Positions 47,366-60,050 are shown, counted from the first letter of the stretch. The stretch is 64,000 nt of DNA from Oikopleura dioica (GCA_907165135.1 OU015566.1:13330001-13394000); one strand, 5' to 3'. Translations and numbers: made by a program. Notes: generated from the letters alone by a model not told the origin.

Positions 47366-48198
47366 TTAAGGATCGATGGTAATATGCTTCTGAAGAATGA
47401 TAAGGTAGTAGTACAAAAACGCGGGCACGCAAATCACCACAACGACGCCGCATAGTCCTGAAAATCAACTGTATATCGACTTTGAGATTCCTAGCGAATC
47501 GTCTTACCTAAGTAACACCATTCAGTGCTTTCGGAGTTTTGCTCGTATCGGCCGAATTTGGGAAGAACAGCGACGGGTGGGAGATTTCCCAAAAACTCGT
47601 TCAATCTATTTTCTGATTGCTGGCGAATTTCGGCTTCGGTTAGAGGGTGGCGGATTCCGATTGAGGAGACTTTGTGAACTGCTTCTTGGTTTGACTTGTC
47701 TGGATAAACATGAGTGAAATAAAGGTGAATTCTAGTTCTACCTATTCTATCGAAAATTGCATCCGTAGCTGCAGTAGCATCGCCAATGGAGGAGGACGTT
47801 TCAGAGTCTTGGATTTGATCTTCAATATTCTAAATTTTCAAATAGAACTGATTATCCGCTGCGCCAAGATTACCACAAGAAGATCAGTCGGAACAGCGGT
47901 TAATCTTCTGTCTGGAATGAGAATTTCTTTCTTTGTAATCAAATCCGAATCGGTGAATAAATTGTTCAGACGTTTCAATTCTTCCTTTGATACTGCGAAT
48001 CTCAGCGCAATCGACTAGTTTCTTGTAATGTTTTTGAAAAAGGGGCTTTTTCTATACCTCGAGTGTTTCGTCCGCCTGAACTTTGTATCTGATCGTCTCT
48101 ACCGTCTCTAGTTTCGGCGTTTTCCTAACTCGGGACCTTCTTTCTGATATTTCCGACGCTTCAAGAAGAGGAATTTCGTCTTCATCCTTTTTTCCCAT
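47366..48198 (-). CDS. LysM-domain protein with a C-terminal TM helix (LYSMD3/4-like)
   Basis: Not in the ORF track. Spliced product contains YKVQADETLESIALRFAVSKEELKRLNNLF..LIP (LysM) and ends WCYLGLCGVVVVICVPAFLYYYLII; four short GT-AG introns. Confidence 0.8.
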
Positions 48199-48323
48199 TT
48201 CACAATTTTACGAGCACCTTTTCTACTTCATAAACGAATTGTATCTGAATGATTTCAATGGGTTAATTTCAATTCTCTTTTCCGCTCATTTCAGGCTCAT
48301 CTCTTTCGTTAGATAATCGGAAA

Positions 48324-49029
48324 ATGAGTCATGATTCTGGAAAGCGCGAGCCCTCTAGTCCAATCGCCTCGCTGCGTGAATCCTCGATTTTTGATTTCCG
48401 AAATTCATAGATCTCAAGATCCAAGATTCTTATCATGAGATCTGAGATTCTTACTCAAGAAGATGGCCAGTTCAAGTTTACAGAAAACATTCTTTCAATA
48501 TGAATGGCGAGATGAGTCGATTTATATTTTTCATTGAAAGGGACTTTTAACGATCTGCGTCGTAAATACGCCGGAGACGAAAGATGAAATACTCCTCCAG
48601 TTATCAAAAAACCTTCATTTTGTTTTCAAGATGGAAACAAGAGTGCTAAAAATCAACGAGAATATCGAGAAGCTAATTGCTCTTCTTGGCGGCGAATCTT
48701 CGAAAGGAATGGAAAAAGGTTAGCTAATCTTGATGCAGAGATCTAGTGATTGAACAATTCTAGCTCCTGAGTTCGTCAAGGAAGACATTTCAATGCCCGA
48801 AGAAGAAAAGCCCGAACATGAGCACCTTCCAAAACAGACCTTGCCTTCGGTTACGGAAGAGGAACCTCAGGAAGAAATCGTTGCTGAGAAAACTGCAGAG
48901 CAAAAAGAAGACAACGAGGAGGACTGTAAGATTTTTTCTATATAACAAAGAGATGATTTGTGTTTAGATGAGACTGCGGAAGACATATTTAAAAAAGCTG
49001 CTCAAGTCGGCCTTTCTGTTCGTCAATAA
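48324..49029 (+). CDS. Uncharacterised small multi-exon gene with an acidic C-terminal region (copy 1)
   Basis: Exons GLLTICVV..METRVLKINENIEKLIALLGG, APEFVKEDISMPEEEKPE.. and ETAEDIFKKAAQVGLSVRQ-stop with GT-AG introns; the 5' exons are uncertain. Confidence 0.45.
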
Positions 49030-49074
49030 TTCTCGTAAAACAAACATTATTTTTCTCTCGCTCGACTTTATTTT

Positions 49075-49607
49075 TCAAAGCATGCAGAAGCCGTCAGGCA
49101 CTAGAATAGCAAAAGGATCATCGTAGTCGTCAGTTTGTGGTAAATGGTCGAGGTCTTCTCCTTCGATCGAAGTAAAATCGTCGTTGAAAGTGAATTTCGT
49201 GAATTTTCGAGGTCCATCGCCACCGACAACCATCACCTACAACAGTTTTCAGTTAATTTGAAAGGTAAGGTATTTGACCTCATTATTTGGGAAAAGCAGG
49301 GCTCTCGCATAATACCTTCGTGGGGTCCTAAAAATTTCTAAAAAAAGAAAAGCTTCATGTATCAAACCATTCAGGAGTTCCAATTTGGGTCCATTCATCA
49401 TTGTACAGGCGCCATATATATTGAACTGTCCTATGAAGAAACAGTGTTATCAAATTTTGAACAGATAAACATACTGAGAGTCTCCTGGAAAGATGACGAC
49501 GCCAAAATCGCCCCAAACAGAAGAGTAACTTTCAATATACGACTCTGGAAAAAGTATCCTGTAGTCGTTGATCCAGCCATCATTTTCACTTAAAATCATC
49601 GTTTTCG
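49075..49607 (-). pseudogene. Duplicated 3' fragment of Cys-rich/propeller gene A
   Basis: Copy of 51051-51583, lacking the 5' part of the gene. Confidence 0.7.
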
Positions 49608-50174
49608 GCTTCGGTTAGCGGGTGGCGGATTCCGATTGAGGAGACTTTGTGAACTGCTTCTTGGTTTGACTTGTCTGGATAAACATGAGTGAAATAAAGG
49701 TGAATTCTAGTTCTACCTATTCTATCGAAAATTGCATCCGTAGCTGCAGTAGCATCGCCAATGGAGGAGGACGTTTCAGAGTCTTGGATTTGATCTTCAA
49801 TATTCTAAATTTTCAAATAGAACTGATTATCCGCTGCGCCAAGATTACCACAAGAAGATCAGTCGGAACAGCGGTTAATCTTCTGTCTGGAATGAGAATT
49901 TCTTTCTTTGTAATCAAATCCGAATCGGTGAATAAATTGTTCAGACGTTTCAATTCTTCCTTTGATACTGCGAATCTCAGCGCAATCGACTAGTTTCTTG
50001 TAATGTTTTTTGAAAAAGGGGCTTTTTCTATACCTCGAGTGTTTCGTCCGCCTGAACTTTGTATCTGATCGTCTCTACCGTCTCTAGTTTCGGCGTTTTC
50101 CTAACTCGGGACCTTCTTTCTGATATTTCCGACGCTTCAAGAAGAGGAATTTCGTCTTCATCCTTTTTTCCCAT
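49603..50174 (-). pseudogene. 3'-truncated duplicate of the LysM gene (lacks TM exon)
   Basis: Copy of 47628-48198; the duplication breakpoint cuts the gene before its TM-encoding exon. Confidence 0.7.
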
Positions 50175-50299
50175 TTCACAATTTTACGAGCACCTTTTCT
50201 ACTTCATAAACGAATTGTATCTGAATGATTTCAATGGGTTAATTTCAATTCTCTTTTCCGCTCATTTCAGGCTCATCTCTTTCGTTAGATAATCGGAAA

Positions 50300-51005
50300 A
50301 TGAGTCATGATTCTGGAAAGCGCGAGCCCTCTAGTCCAATCGCCTCGCTGCGTGAATCCTCGATTTTTGATTTCCGAAATTCATAGATCTCAAGATCCAA
50401 GATTCTTATCATGAGATCTGAGATTCTTACTCAAGAAGATGGCCAGTTCAAGTTTACAGAAAACATTCTTTCAATATGAATGGCGAGATGAGTCGATTTA
50501 TATTTTTCATTGAAAGGGACTTTTAACGATCTGCGTCGTAAATACGCCGGAGACGAAAGATGAAATACTCCTCCAGTTATCAAAAAACCTTCATTTTGTT
50601 TTCAAGATGGAAACAAGAGTGCTAAAAATCAACGAGAATATCGAGAAGCTAATTGCTCTTCTTGGCGGCGAATCTTCGAAAGGAATGGAAAAAGGTTAGC
50701 TAATCTTGATGCAGAGATCTAGTGATTGAACAATTCTAGCTCCTGAGTTCGTCAAGGAAGACATTTCAATGCCCGAAGAAGAAAAGCCCGAACATGAGCA
50801 CCTTCCAAAACAGACCTTGCCTTCGGTTACGGAAGAGGAACCTCAGGAAGAAATCGTTGCTGAGAAAACTGCAGAGCAAAAAGAAGACAACGAGGAGGAC
50901 TGTAAGATTTTTTCTATATAACAAAGAGATGATTTGTGTTTAGATGAGACTGCGGAAGACATATTTAAAAAAGCTGCTCAAGTCGGCCTTTCTGTTCGTC
51001 AATAA
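50300..51005 (+). CDS. Uncharacterised small multi-exon gene (copy 2)
   Basis: Near-identical duplicate of 48324-49029. Confidence 0.45.
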
Positions 51006-51050
51006 TTCTCGTAAAACAAACATTATTTTTCTCTCGCTCGACTTTATTTT

Positions 51051-52691
51051 TCAAAGCATGCAGAAGCCGTCAGGCACTAGAATAGCAAAAGGATCATCGT
51101 AGTCGTCAGTTTGTGGTAAATGGTCGAGGTCTTCTCCTTCGATCGAAGTAAAATCGTCGTTGAAAGTGAATTTCGTGAATTTTCGAGGTCCATCGCCACC
51201 GACAACCATCACCTACAACAGTTTTCAGTTAATTTGAAAGGTAAGGTATTTGACCTCATTATTTGGGAAAAGCAGGGCTCTCGCATAATACCTTCGTGGG
51301 GTCCTAAAAATTTCTAAAAAAAGAAAAGCTTCATGTATCAAACCATTCAGGAGTTCCAATTTGGGTCCATTCATCATTGTACAGGCGCCATATATATTGA
51401 ACTGTCCTATGAAGAAACAGTGTTATCAAATTTTGAACAGATAAACATACTGAGAGTCTCCTGGAAAGATGACGACGCCAAAATCGCCCCAAACAGAAGA
51501 GTAACTTTCAATATACGACTCTGGAAAAAGTATCCTGTAGTCGTTGATCCAGCCATCATTTTCACTTAAAATCATCGTTTTCGTCAAGATGTCTGAAAGT
51601 ACAAACCTGTATTGCTCGACAGATCTGGTGTATCTCTGGGCATACTGATCGTATCCAGCAATGAGAATCGGATTTCCTTTATAAGTTGGAATATGTCCTC
51701 CGATTGCAACGTGAGATTCATCAGGCACAGCCAAGCTTGCCTCCACAATCTTTGATCCATCATAGCTACAGTAAGATGTAACAAGAACATTTTTATTCAA
51801 CAATTACCTTTGAACTTTCCCATATCCGTTGTAGAGCAAAATATGACCTTCAGGATCATCCTGGCTTGGCAAGTATCCTACAGATCCTTCGAAACAATCG
51901 AATTGAAAAGAAACACCTTCAGCTTTTTCAATATCGCAACCATTGAGAATATGCGGTCCATACTCTCGTTCACCTCCAATTACAAACCAACCACCGAAGA
52001 GGTAGTTTGTTCCCTTGTATAAAACTGAGCATCCTTCTTTACTGAAAAATTCAAGATTATCGGGACCATTGTTGAACCAAGAAATTTCCAAATCATCAAT
52101 GTAGCTTTCAAAATTCACCAATGCAGTTGTATCCCGATGGTTATAGTGCATCAATAAAACAGAATTCAGCTCCTTTGATGGATCGTAGCAATCGTAATTC
52201 GGGCAAGGGCAACCATTTGGACAGCCTTCTTCGCAAGGGCAGCTCAGAATATCCTCTGAGTACTGTAATGTACAGAGAGTTAAGCAGCTGGAGTTTCCTC
52301 CGCACTTTCCAATGCAGTCGAATAGCTCTTGCTCAAGATCCGCCAAGCACTTCACGTGATCCTCATTCTCTTCAGGAAAAGCGCAAACATCGCAAATTTC
52401 AGCCGGGCAATCCTCGCATCCTCCAGGACAATCAATGTGACAAGGACATCCATCAATACAGTCGAATCCTTCACGAACACAAGCGTTCTCGCAAGAAGCA
52501 TCGCCCGAGTTACAGTTGCTCAAGCATTGTAAAAGATCCTCGCTGCAGTTTGTTGAACAGAGTTCACCGAGATCAAGGTCGGTGCAAGTTTCATTTAGTC
52601 TCGGAAAAGGGTCGAAGAAATCTTCTCTCGGAAAATCCTGTAATAATGCTGAGTTCATTTTGGCAATTGATTCTTTCTCGTAGTGCCGCAT
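51051..52691 (-). CDS. Cys-rich repeat plus kelch/propeller-like protein A
   Basis: Two Cys-rich blocks ending CPCHIDCPGGCEDC and CPCEEGCPNGCPCPNYDC, followed by repeats such as YLFGG, AIGGH, LIAGY and VVGG; ends ILVPDGFCML-stop; start codon uncertain. Confidence 0.65.
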
Positions 52692-52737
52692 CGAGAAGCA
52701 GATGAGAATTTCTCAGAAAATCAAATAAAGAGCATTT

Positions 52738-54247
52738 TTAAACACAGTAGTTTGTGGATACTTCCAAAAGAACAGGGTAAGAGGTTTGAACAGAAGTTCC
52801 GATGACTTCTGAGTTGATCAATTGATCTCCTTCGAAATCGAGTCGCTCGATGTTAAATGGGTCCCAGCTGCCGGAAACGATGAAAATTGACTTTTCTACT
52901 CTGATAGCAGATATAGGCGAGTCAGCCTGGAAATAAGAGTAAAATTTGGGAATGAATCTGAAACTTAGTACGTTTTGAAGATCTCCAATTTTCTCCCAAA
53001 TGTCGTTTTGAAGAAGCCAAATGGCTGTTTGTGCTCGGTAACCGTAATCATCCGAATCATGATTGAATACTTGTCCCCCCGCAAGTAAGAGATTTCCAGT
53101 CGGTAAACCAATAAGAGCGTGAAGAATAATAGCACTAAACATTTACTACTATCTTGAACCTTTCAAATACCTTGGAAAATCATTGAAGTGCGACCAGCCA
53201 GAAGAAGAGAGAATCTCAACCTCTTTACCACCTTCCAAATTACCAACCTGATGCCCAACTGCTGTCGGTTGGCCTTTGTAGAGCCCAATATTGCCACTTT
53301 TATGTTTAAAATTCGTTCTCTGTGTCGAAGAAACTGTCGTTCCATCAAAAATTTCACATGCTCTGTAAAAATCGGGCTCTGTGTCAACGATTGAAGGAAA
53401 GCAGATCAATGCTTCTCCGCCATTTTCGATCGTAAGAGCTGCTCGCGGTGACTCGTAAATTAATTTTGAAGGCTGTTCTATCCATTCGCAACCGTTTAGT
53501 TTCGCGATCTAAAAGCAAATGAATCTTATTTTTTTTCCATTTTTACTCCTGCTCCTACGTTTCTAGTATCTCCTGCTCGATCATGGGCATCATCTTCAGT
53601 GTTCCGAGACCAAAAGCTTGCGCCAAAAACAAAGAGCTCACCATTCACAAGAGCATGAGCAGTGCCTTGAAGATAACGAAGTGAAGGTGCTTTAATTTTC
53701 GCAGGTGTCTTTCTTGAGCCATCAAGTGAAATGGAAAATGCTTGAGGCAATCTTTCACCCATCACCAAGATATGCTGATTAAAAGAATATCAATTTTTGA
53801 TTAATGAAATAGTTGGTTTTTACTGGCTCATTTGGATAGACAGTTGTTGCAATCGTCGTTGTTATCATCGAAGTCGTTGTTTCCGTCTAAAGATAACAAC
53901 AAAAATCCTTCATTCTGCTTACTGGACAAAGAGGAGAATCGCAGCCAACGCATCCTTGCTCACAGTTAGCACCACATGGACAATTATCAAGGCAGCCTGA
54001 GTACTCCCTGTCACAAATCGACAGACAGTATTCCGTCTCGCAGAGAAGACGACATTTGTTAAAATCAGCACGACAGAGTCCATTACATTCTGCTTGCAAT
54101 TCTTCATCCCTGAATTTTTCATCGTCGTTTTGGGTATTAAATGAGTTCTACTCACGGACAATTGTCAAAAATCTCTGCCACAGGGTTTGCAATGGTTGAT
54201 TCAAAAAATTGAAAAATGAGAAAAATTGAATATCTTTTCATTTTCAT
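52738..54247 (-). CDS. Secreted Cys-rich repeat plus kelch/propeller-like protein B
   Basis: Signal peptide MKMKRYSIFLIFQFFESTIA; CPCGANCEQGCVGC block; LFVFGA, PTAVGH, LLLAGG and FIVSG repeats; ends VLLEVSTNYCV-stop. Confidence 0.7.
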
Positions 54248-54879
54248 TAAAAATGAAGTTAACTATGTATGAGGAAGATCTGTTTTAACAGAGTTTTTTC
54301 TAGGTCAAAGAACGACTAAATAAATGTCAAACATGTATTTTTACACTACGACATCGAGTTCCTGATATTTACTCAGAATATGAAATTTACTTCGACGACT
54401 TTTACTGGTTCTATGCCACAAGTAGTTACGCAACTGAAGCATTCAGTTTGAAGGAAAAAATGAAATCTTCCTTGATTTCAGTGATATGATATCACGAACG
54501 ACGGCATGCATTACATGTATTGCAATCATAAAAAAACAATGCATCGTCCTTTCTTCATCTGTATCAATTTTGAACTCTGAACAAAGGTCAGAACCTCGAA
54601 ACAAAAATATCGTTTGTCCAACAGGATCACTCAAAGGTAGTCAACTCATAAAAGTTGACATAATCAGCAGACTCTGATCTCCATATTTGAGCAGCTCAAA
54701 CAGTAGGCAGGCCTCTGAAAGACGTTCTTAGAGGTGTCGGTCAACGGATAAAGTTGCGTAGGCAATAAGTCTTGCCTCCCAAGCAGAAGCCAACGGCAAT
54801 TAAGCCGTAGTAATTTCAGGTTGTACTGATAAACAAACGAAGTAGAGATTAACAGCAGCTCATCAGAGAGTAAGGGAGC

Positions 54880-57800
54880 ATGCTGGTGACTTTTGTACTC
54901 AACGATGATGTCATTGAACATGAAGTTCTTCCCGGAGATGAAGAAAGGTTAGTCTTAGATGATTCCAGCGCAAGTTGTGATGTAATCATGGATCAGGGGG
55001 ATCAGCTCATTAATTTAGCTTGCTGAGTTATATCCGCCGATATGGGAATACAGAAACGAAGCAAATGTGCGAAGAAGGCGGCTGTGGAGCTTGCTCAATC
55101 ATTGAAATCATCGACGATGGTGCTCAAAAAACAAGGCTTGTTTTATTTTACCAAATCAAGATAGAACTCAGTTCTAAAATAAACATTTGCCAAGCCAGAT
55201 TCTAGACGCGCTCTCTCAGCTTGTTTGATCACCCTTCCAAAGGCGGATGGAAGAAAGTTCGTCACGTCAAGCCAGATTTCTAAATCTGCTACAGGAAAGG
55301 CGATTCAAAAAAGCTTCGCGGAAAATTTTGCCTCGCAATGTGGCTACTGTACTCCTGGATTTGTCGTAGGAGCAACTTCCTGCACTTCACATGAAGAGCG
55401 AGAAGTTGAAATGAACGGTCATATCTGCCGATGTACCGGCTATTTTCCGATCAAAAACGCGAATAAGGATGCTCCTTTCATGGATATAGAAGACTTGGCA
55501 GAGCTGTGCGCAAGTTGCCCAAGCAGAAAAGTCGTTCAGAATCAATCGCAGCACTACTTCACCCCAACTTCTCTTGCTGATCTTCAAGTTTTGATGGAAA
55601 TGCATTCATCTCACGAACTTATTGCAGGCCATACATCAAAACACGTTTCGAAATACTACAGAAACACAAGCAACGAAAAAGCACCAGTAACAATTGACAT
55701 CACGAAGGTTGCTGAAATGACTGCAGTTTCTATTGTTGGATCAAAAATCACGATTGGTGCAGTAGCTACACTTGAAGATTTGCGAAGCCTTTTCAACAAA
55801 TCATCTCTGAAGGTTCTCAACCAAGCAGGTCAATTCTTGACCAAGGTTGGTTCAATTTCCATGCGTCACCAAGCCACTTGGGCTGGATCTCTTGCTCTTC
55901 AGCGATCTGTTCCAGAGTTCGCCTCTGACATTTCAGTTATGCTCGCAGCTCTTGGTTTGAGGCTTGAAGTCCTCGACGAAACGAATACAAGAAAGTCCAT
56001 CTCAGTCAGTGAATTCGTCAATGACTCGGCAAGCAATTTGGTCATCAATGGAACAATCGATACAACGGGCTTTGAGAGCGTAGTCGATTCTGTCACGTTC
56101 GGTAAAGTTATGGATCGGCCCACAATGGCAGCTGGTAAACTCACATTTGGCTTCTTCTCGACTGCAAGACTTTTCTGTTCTTCTACCGCTGGATTCAGAC
56201 AGATCGAGTCTCCATCGACTTCTTCCACCGATGATTTGAACAAATCACTCGCTGGAGAATCTGACTTGCTTACCCGAGCTGAGTTGCTCAGACATTATTC
56301 AAAGCTAAGCGGAACCACTATCGCACCAGTCTCCCACGCTCAAGAATCTTACTCTATTGACGATTCTGCACAGCCAGACATCGCTAAAGGAGTCCCACAA
56401 AAACATGCTGAGCAACTTGCTGCTGGAACAGCCGAATTCCCCTCAGACTTTGAGCCAGCTGTGAATCAGCTCTATGCAAAATTTGTCAGTGCTGGTAAAA
56501 TTGGAAATGTTGGAAGCATTAGTTTCGAGAAATGCCGAGATGTCAAGGGATTTGTTCGAGGAATTACTGCTGAAGACATTGTCAACGCCGGTTTCAATAA
56601 TACCTTTTGCTATCCAGCTGGGCTTGAACCAGATGAAATCAACGAAGAGAGAGTTCTTGCCTATCCAAATATCGAGTACCACGCTCAACCCGTGGCCATC
56701 GTTGTTGCGAAGAGTCAGCAAGCTGCTGATAAAGTAGCTAAGCTAGTGGAAATTGAAGTGACTGGGTGGGCCCATGAAACACTTCAATCACCGGTTCAAC
56801 TGTCGGAAGCCATCGAAAAGAAAGATTTCTTCCCTTCAGGATTCATGTCTTCTCGTGACCGTGGGGACGTTGAAGAAGAATTGGCGAATCCAACGAATCA
56901 TCGAATCGAAGGGAAACTTCGTCTGCCAGGCCAGTATCACATGTTCATGGAAACCCACTTTGCGCGCGCAAATTTGCGAGACGAACAAGTCTTCATTGAT
57001 CTGGGTTCGCAAGCTGTTGATAAGGTGCAGCGTAATGTTGGACATTGTCTTAACATGAACCACTCGGCAATCACTGTTACTTGTCGAAGAATGGGTGGCG
57101 GATTCGGCGGAAAAGCTACTCGAAGTCAATGGACTGCTTGTGCAGTCGCTATTGCAGCGAAATTGACGAAAAAGCCAGTCGCTCTCCATTTATCCCTTGA
57201 AGACTGTATCACCATCATGGGTGGTCGATCAATTTACGAAGTCGAGTATCGAGCGTCGTTTGAGAAGAAGACAGGAAAATGCACCGCCGTTGACTGCAAA
57301 CTCTACTGCGAAGCTGGAGCAAACTACAACGACTCCGCTTTCAATGGAATGCTGACTGCGATGCACATGGAATCGAACTTGGGAATTCCAAACCTGCGTT
57401 TCGAATGTTTCGCTGTTCGAACAGCTTCGCCAGCTGTCACTTGGCTTAGAGCGCCTGGAATGCTTCAAGCGTCTTCTGTTCTCGCTCTCATTGTTGATGA
57501 AGGTGTTTCTGGTGTTCTTCCGGATTATCTTGAATCTTACAAATCTTGTTTGATGCCCAAAGGTTTTATGAACCTCATGGGTTCTGTTGAATCGACCGAT
57601 CGAAACGTTACCATTATCGATGACATTTGCAACAAGGTCAACGTCGAGGCTTTAGAGAAAGAAGTCGATGCATTCAACTCTGCTAACAAGTGGAAGAAGA
57701 AAGCCTTGGCTGTCACAGGAATGAAATATCCAATGGATCCTGCCTTCCATGTCAACTCTTGCTTGGTCAATATTTGTAGACAAGATGCAACCGTGCAAAT

Positions 57801-58847
57801 TCATGTCGGAGCCAGCGATATGGGTCAGGAATAGTTCAAGAGTACTTTTCTTTTTTCAAAGTTTATCATAATAAACTGTTTATGATTAAATAGACACAGT
57901 ATTTTCTGAACTAAAACAGGCAACTGCAACTAGATCAGCTCAAACGGCGGCGAGAACTCTCGGCATCCCTCTAGAAATGGTGAATGTTCAGCCGACAAGT
58001 TCTGCAGTAACTGCCAACGGAGCACCTACTGGAGGAACTGTTTCTACTCAAGTCGCTTGCTACCTTATTTCTGAAGCTTGCAAGGTTTCATGAAAAATAA
58101 GAATATTTTTTCTTCATCCATTTAAAGATTCTGAATGCTTCTTTGGATCCTTACCGACCAGTGGCTCCTCATCGCGATTCTCTAGACATTTGGCGCGAGA
58201 CTGTCAAAGATGCCGCCGCAAAAGGAGTTGATCTTCAAGCTCGTTTCCGAGGATCAATCCCTAACGGAGCCTACGCCTGTTACGGATCAGCAGTTGCTGT
58301 CGTTGAAGTTGACTGTCTCAACGGAGAGCATACCATTGAAAAGTTTGACTGCATCTATGACGCAGGAGAAATGCTCAACGTCGGCACAGAATTGGGTCAA
58401 GTCGAAGGAGGGTTGATGATGGGACTTGGCTGGCTCAAGATGGAGGATCTCAAATGGGATCAAGTTTCTGGCGCAAAGGTGTTATTTTCTGGCGTGAAAA
58501 TCTTTACTATTTTCTAGCAACGGGGAACATGGGAATACAAAGTCCCGATGCATCTCGACATTCCAAAAAAATTCTCTTGCGAGCTGACAAACAAGTTCTT
58601 GGAAGCTGAAGAAAAACGACCCTTCCCAATCGGATCCAAACAAGCTGGAGAAGCTGCGATGCTTCTCAGCTTCGGTAAGCTGCTTTTAATCAAGCCAGAC
58701 TTATCCATCAATTATTAAGCCTATCGAAACGCCCTTCAACGAGCCGTCCGCAAGTTCAACCCTCATGCAAAGATGATCGAGCTTCCAGCAAAAACTGATC
58801 ATGTCCGAGAAGCAATTAATGTACAAGCTGATGCTCTTGTTCTCTGA
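54880..58847 (+). CDS. Divergent xanthine dehydrogenase/aldehyde oxidase family molybdo-flavoenzyme (about 1200 aa)
   Basis: 2Fe-2S motifs CEEGGCGAC, QCGYCTPGF and CRCTGY; FAD region; Moco motifs GQYHMFMETH, MGGGFGGK, DMGQ, GQVEGGLMMGLG and SKQAGE; six introns including GC-AG and GA-AG. Confidence 0.9.
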
Positions 58848-59003
58848 GTTCAAATCATTCAACATATTCAATATAATTTTCATTCTTTTCTTGTCTATTT
58901 GAATTATTTGCAGCGTATACGACACATTTGAGTGAGTTCCTTTATTTCCGGTTGGATTCTTAACTCACAAATCTTGTCAATCATTATCGAGTCTAAAAAG
59001 AGC

Positions 59004-59718
59004 ATGTCTACAAATCTTCGTCAAAAGCGAGTCTCTTTCGAAAAATGGATTCAAAATGCATGCAAAATGAAGGATAAGCCTGAGGAAGTTAGTAAAATGA
59101 GCAGACCTGATTCGAAAGTAATACAAGCTGGACAGCTCGCATGTCTGAAAGCGCACAATAACAAAAGAGCTCTTCATAAAAATACACCACCGATGAAGGT
59201 AATTTTTTCATTGATTCGATTTTTGAACAATTAATTCTAAAGATATGTGAAAAGTTGTGTGAAGAAGCTCAAAATGTTGCAGCAAACTTGGCAAGGCGCA
59301 ACGGAATACGGTAAAAACTTACGAGATTACAGGCTTCATCATATTTTACAGATATTCATCTGGGGAAAACATTTACGTTTGCACAAGAACTAAATCACTT
59401 TCGAGTACATCTGCGATCAGGGAATGCTGTTTCAAAGCAGTTGACTCGTGGTATCGCGAAATTGAAAATTATTCTTTCGAAACGAGTAAAAAACTGAAGA
59501 AAAACCAGACGATTGCGCATTTCCAGCAAATGGTTTGGAGAGACTCCGTTCGCCTCGGCTTCGGAATAGCACAGCGAAGAGACGGAAATATCATAAGTAA
59601 AGTAGAATTATTAGTACTGCTCCGAAAAAGATTTAGTCATCTGTCGATACAGTCCACGAGCAAATGTTTTTCGCTCGAAGATCAATGCAAAGCAAATTAT
59701 GCCTGTACAAACTCAATA
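59004..59718 (+). CDS. CAP/SCP-domain protein (GAPR-1/GLIPR2-like, no signal peptide)
   Basis: AHNNKRALH, GENIY, AVDSWYREI, HFQQMVW, LGFGIA, ICRYSPRANV. Confidence 0.8.
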
Positions 59719-60050
59719 AAAAGAATCATAAGCGCTCAGTGCGAAAGAGAATTTCGTCTCTAGTTTTTCAATACATGTATTATGGAATATTGAATTATCA
59801 TATGAAAGGAAAGGAAAATGAAATTACTTCCGGTTTCGTTATCCAAAAAATTGACACAAGAATCGCCTCAAGAAATACAATAAAGCATCTAAGCTCTGAA
59901 AAAGTAATATAGCGGGTACTCAGGAGGAGGGAGATTAAGAGTTTGTTTTGTTTATTGGCACGAATAAGAAGTTTTCTAATTGACAGTTGTAATGGGAGAC
60001 GAGAATCTGTTTTAGCAACTAATGAGATGTTGACGTGCCATTGACTTTAT

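Larger units (their letters stand above)
47628..51583. repeat. Near-identical head-to-tail tandem duplication, about 1976-bp unit, two copies
   Basis: The copies differ mainly in homopolymer length plus at least one substitution; TTTCG microhomology at 47628, 49603 and 51579. Confidence 0.95.

Noticed and set aside
54443-54921. Short ORFs between propeller gene B and the oxidase gene
   Set aside because: No motif or consistent splice path was found.
54880-58847. Assignment as bona fide XDH
   Set aside because: Residues equivalent to Glu802 and Arg880 are absent, so no gene symbol was given.
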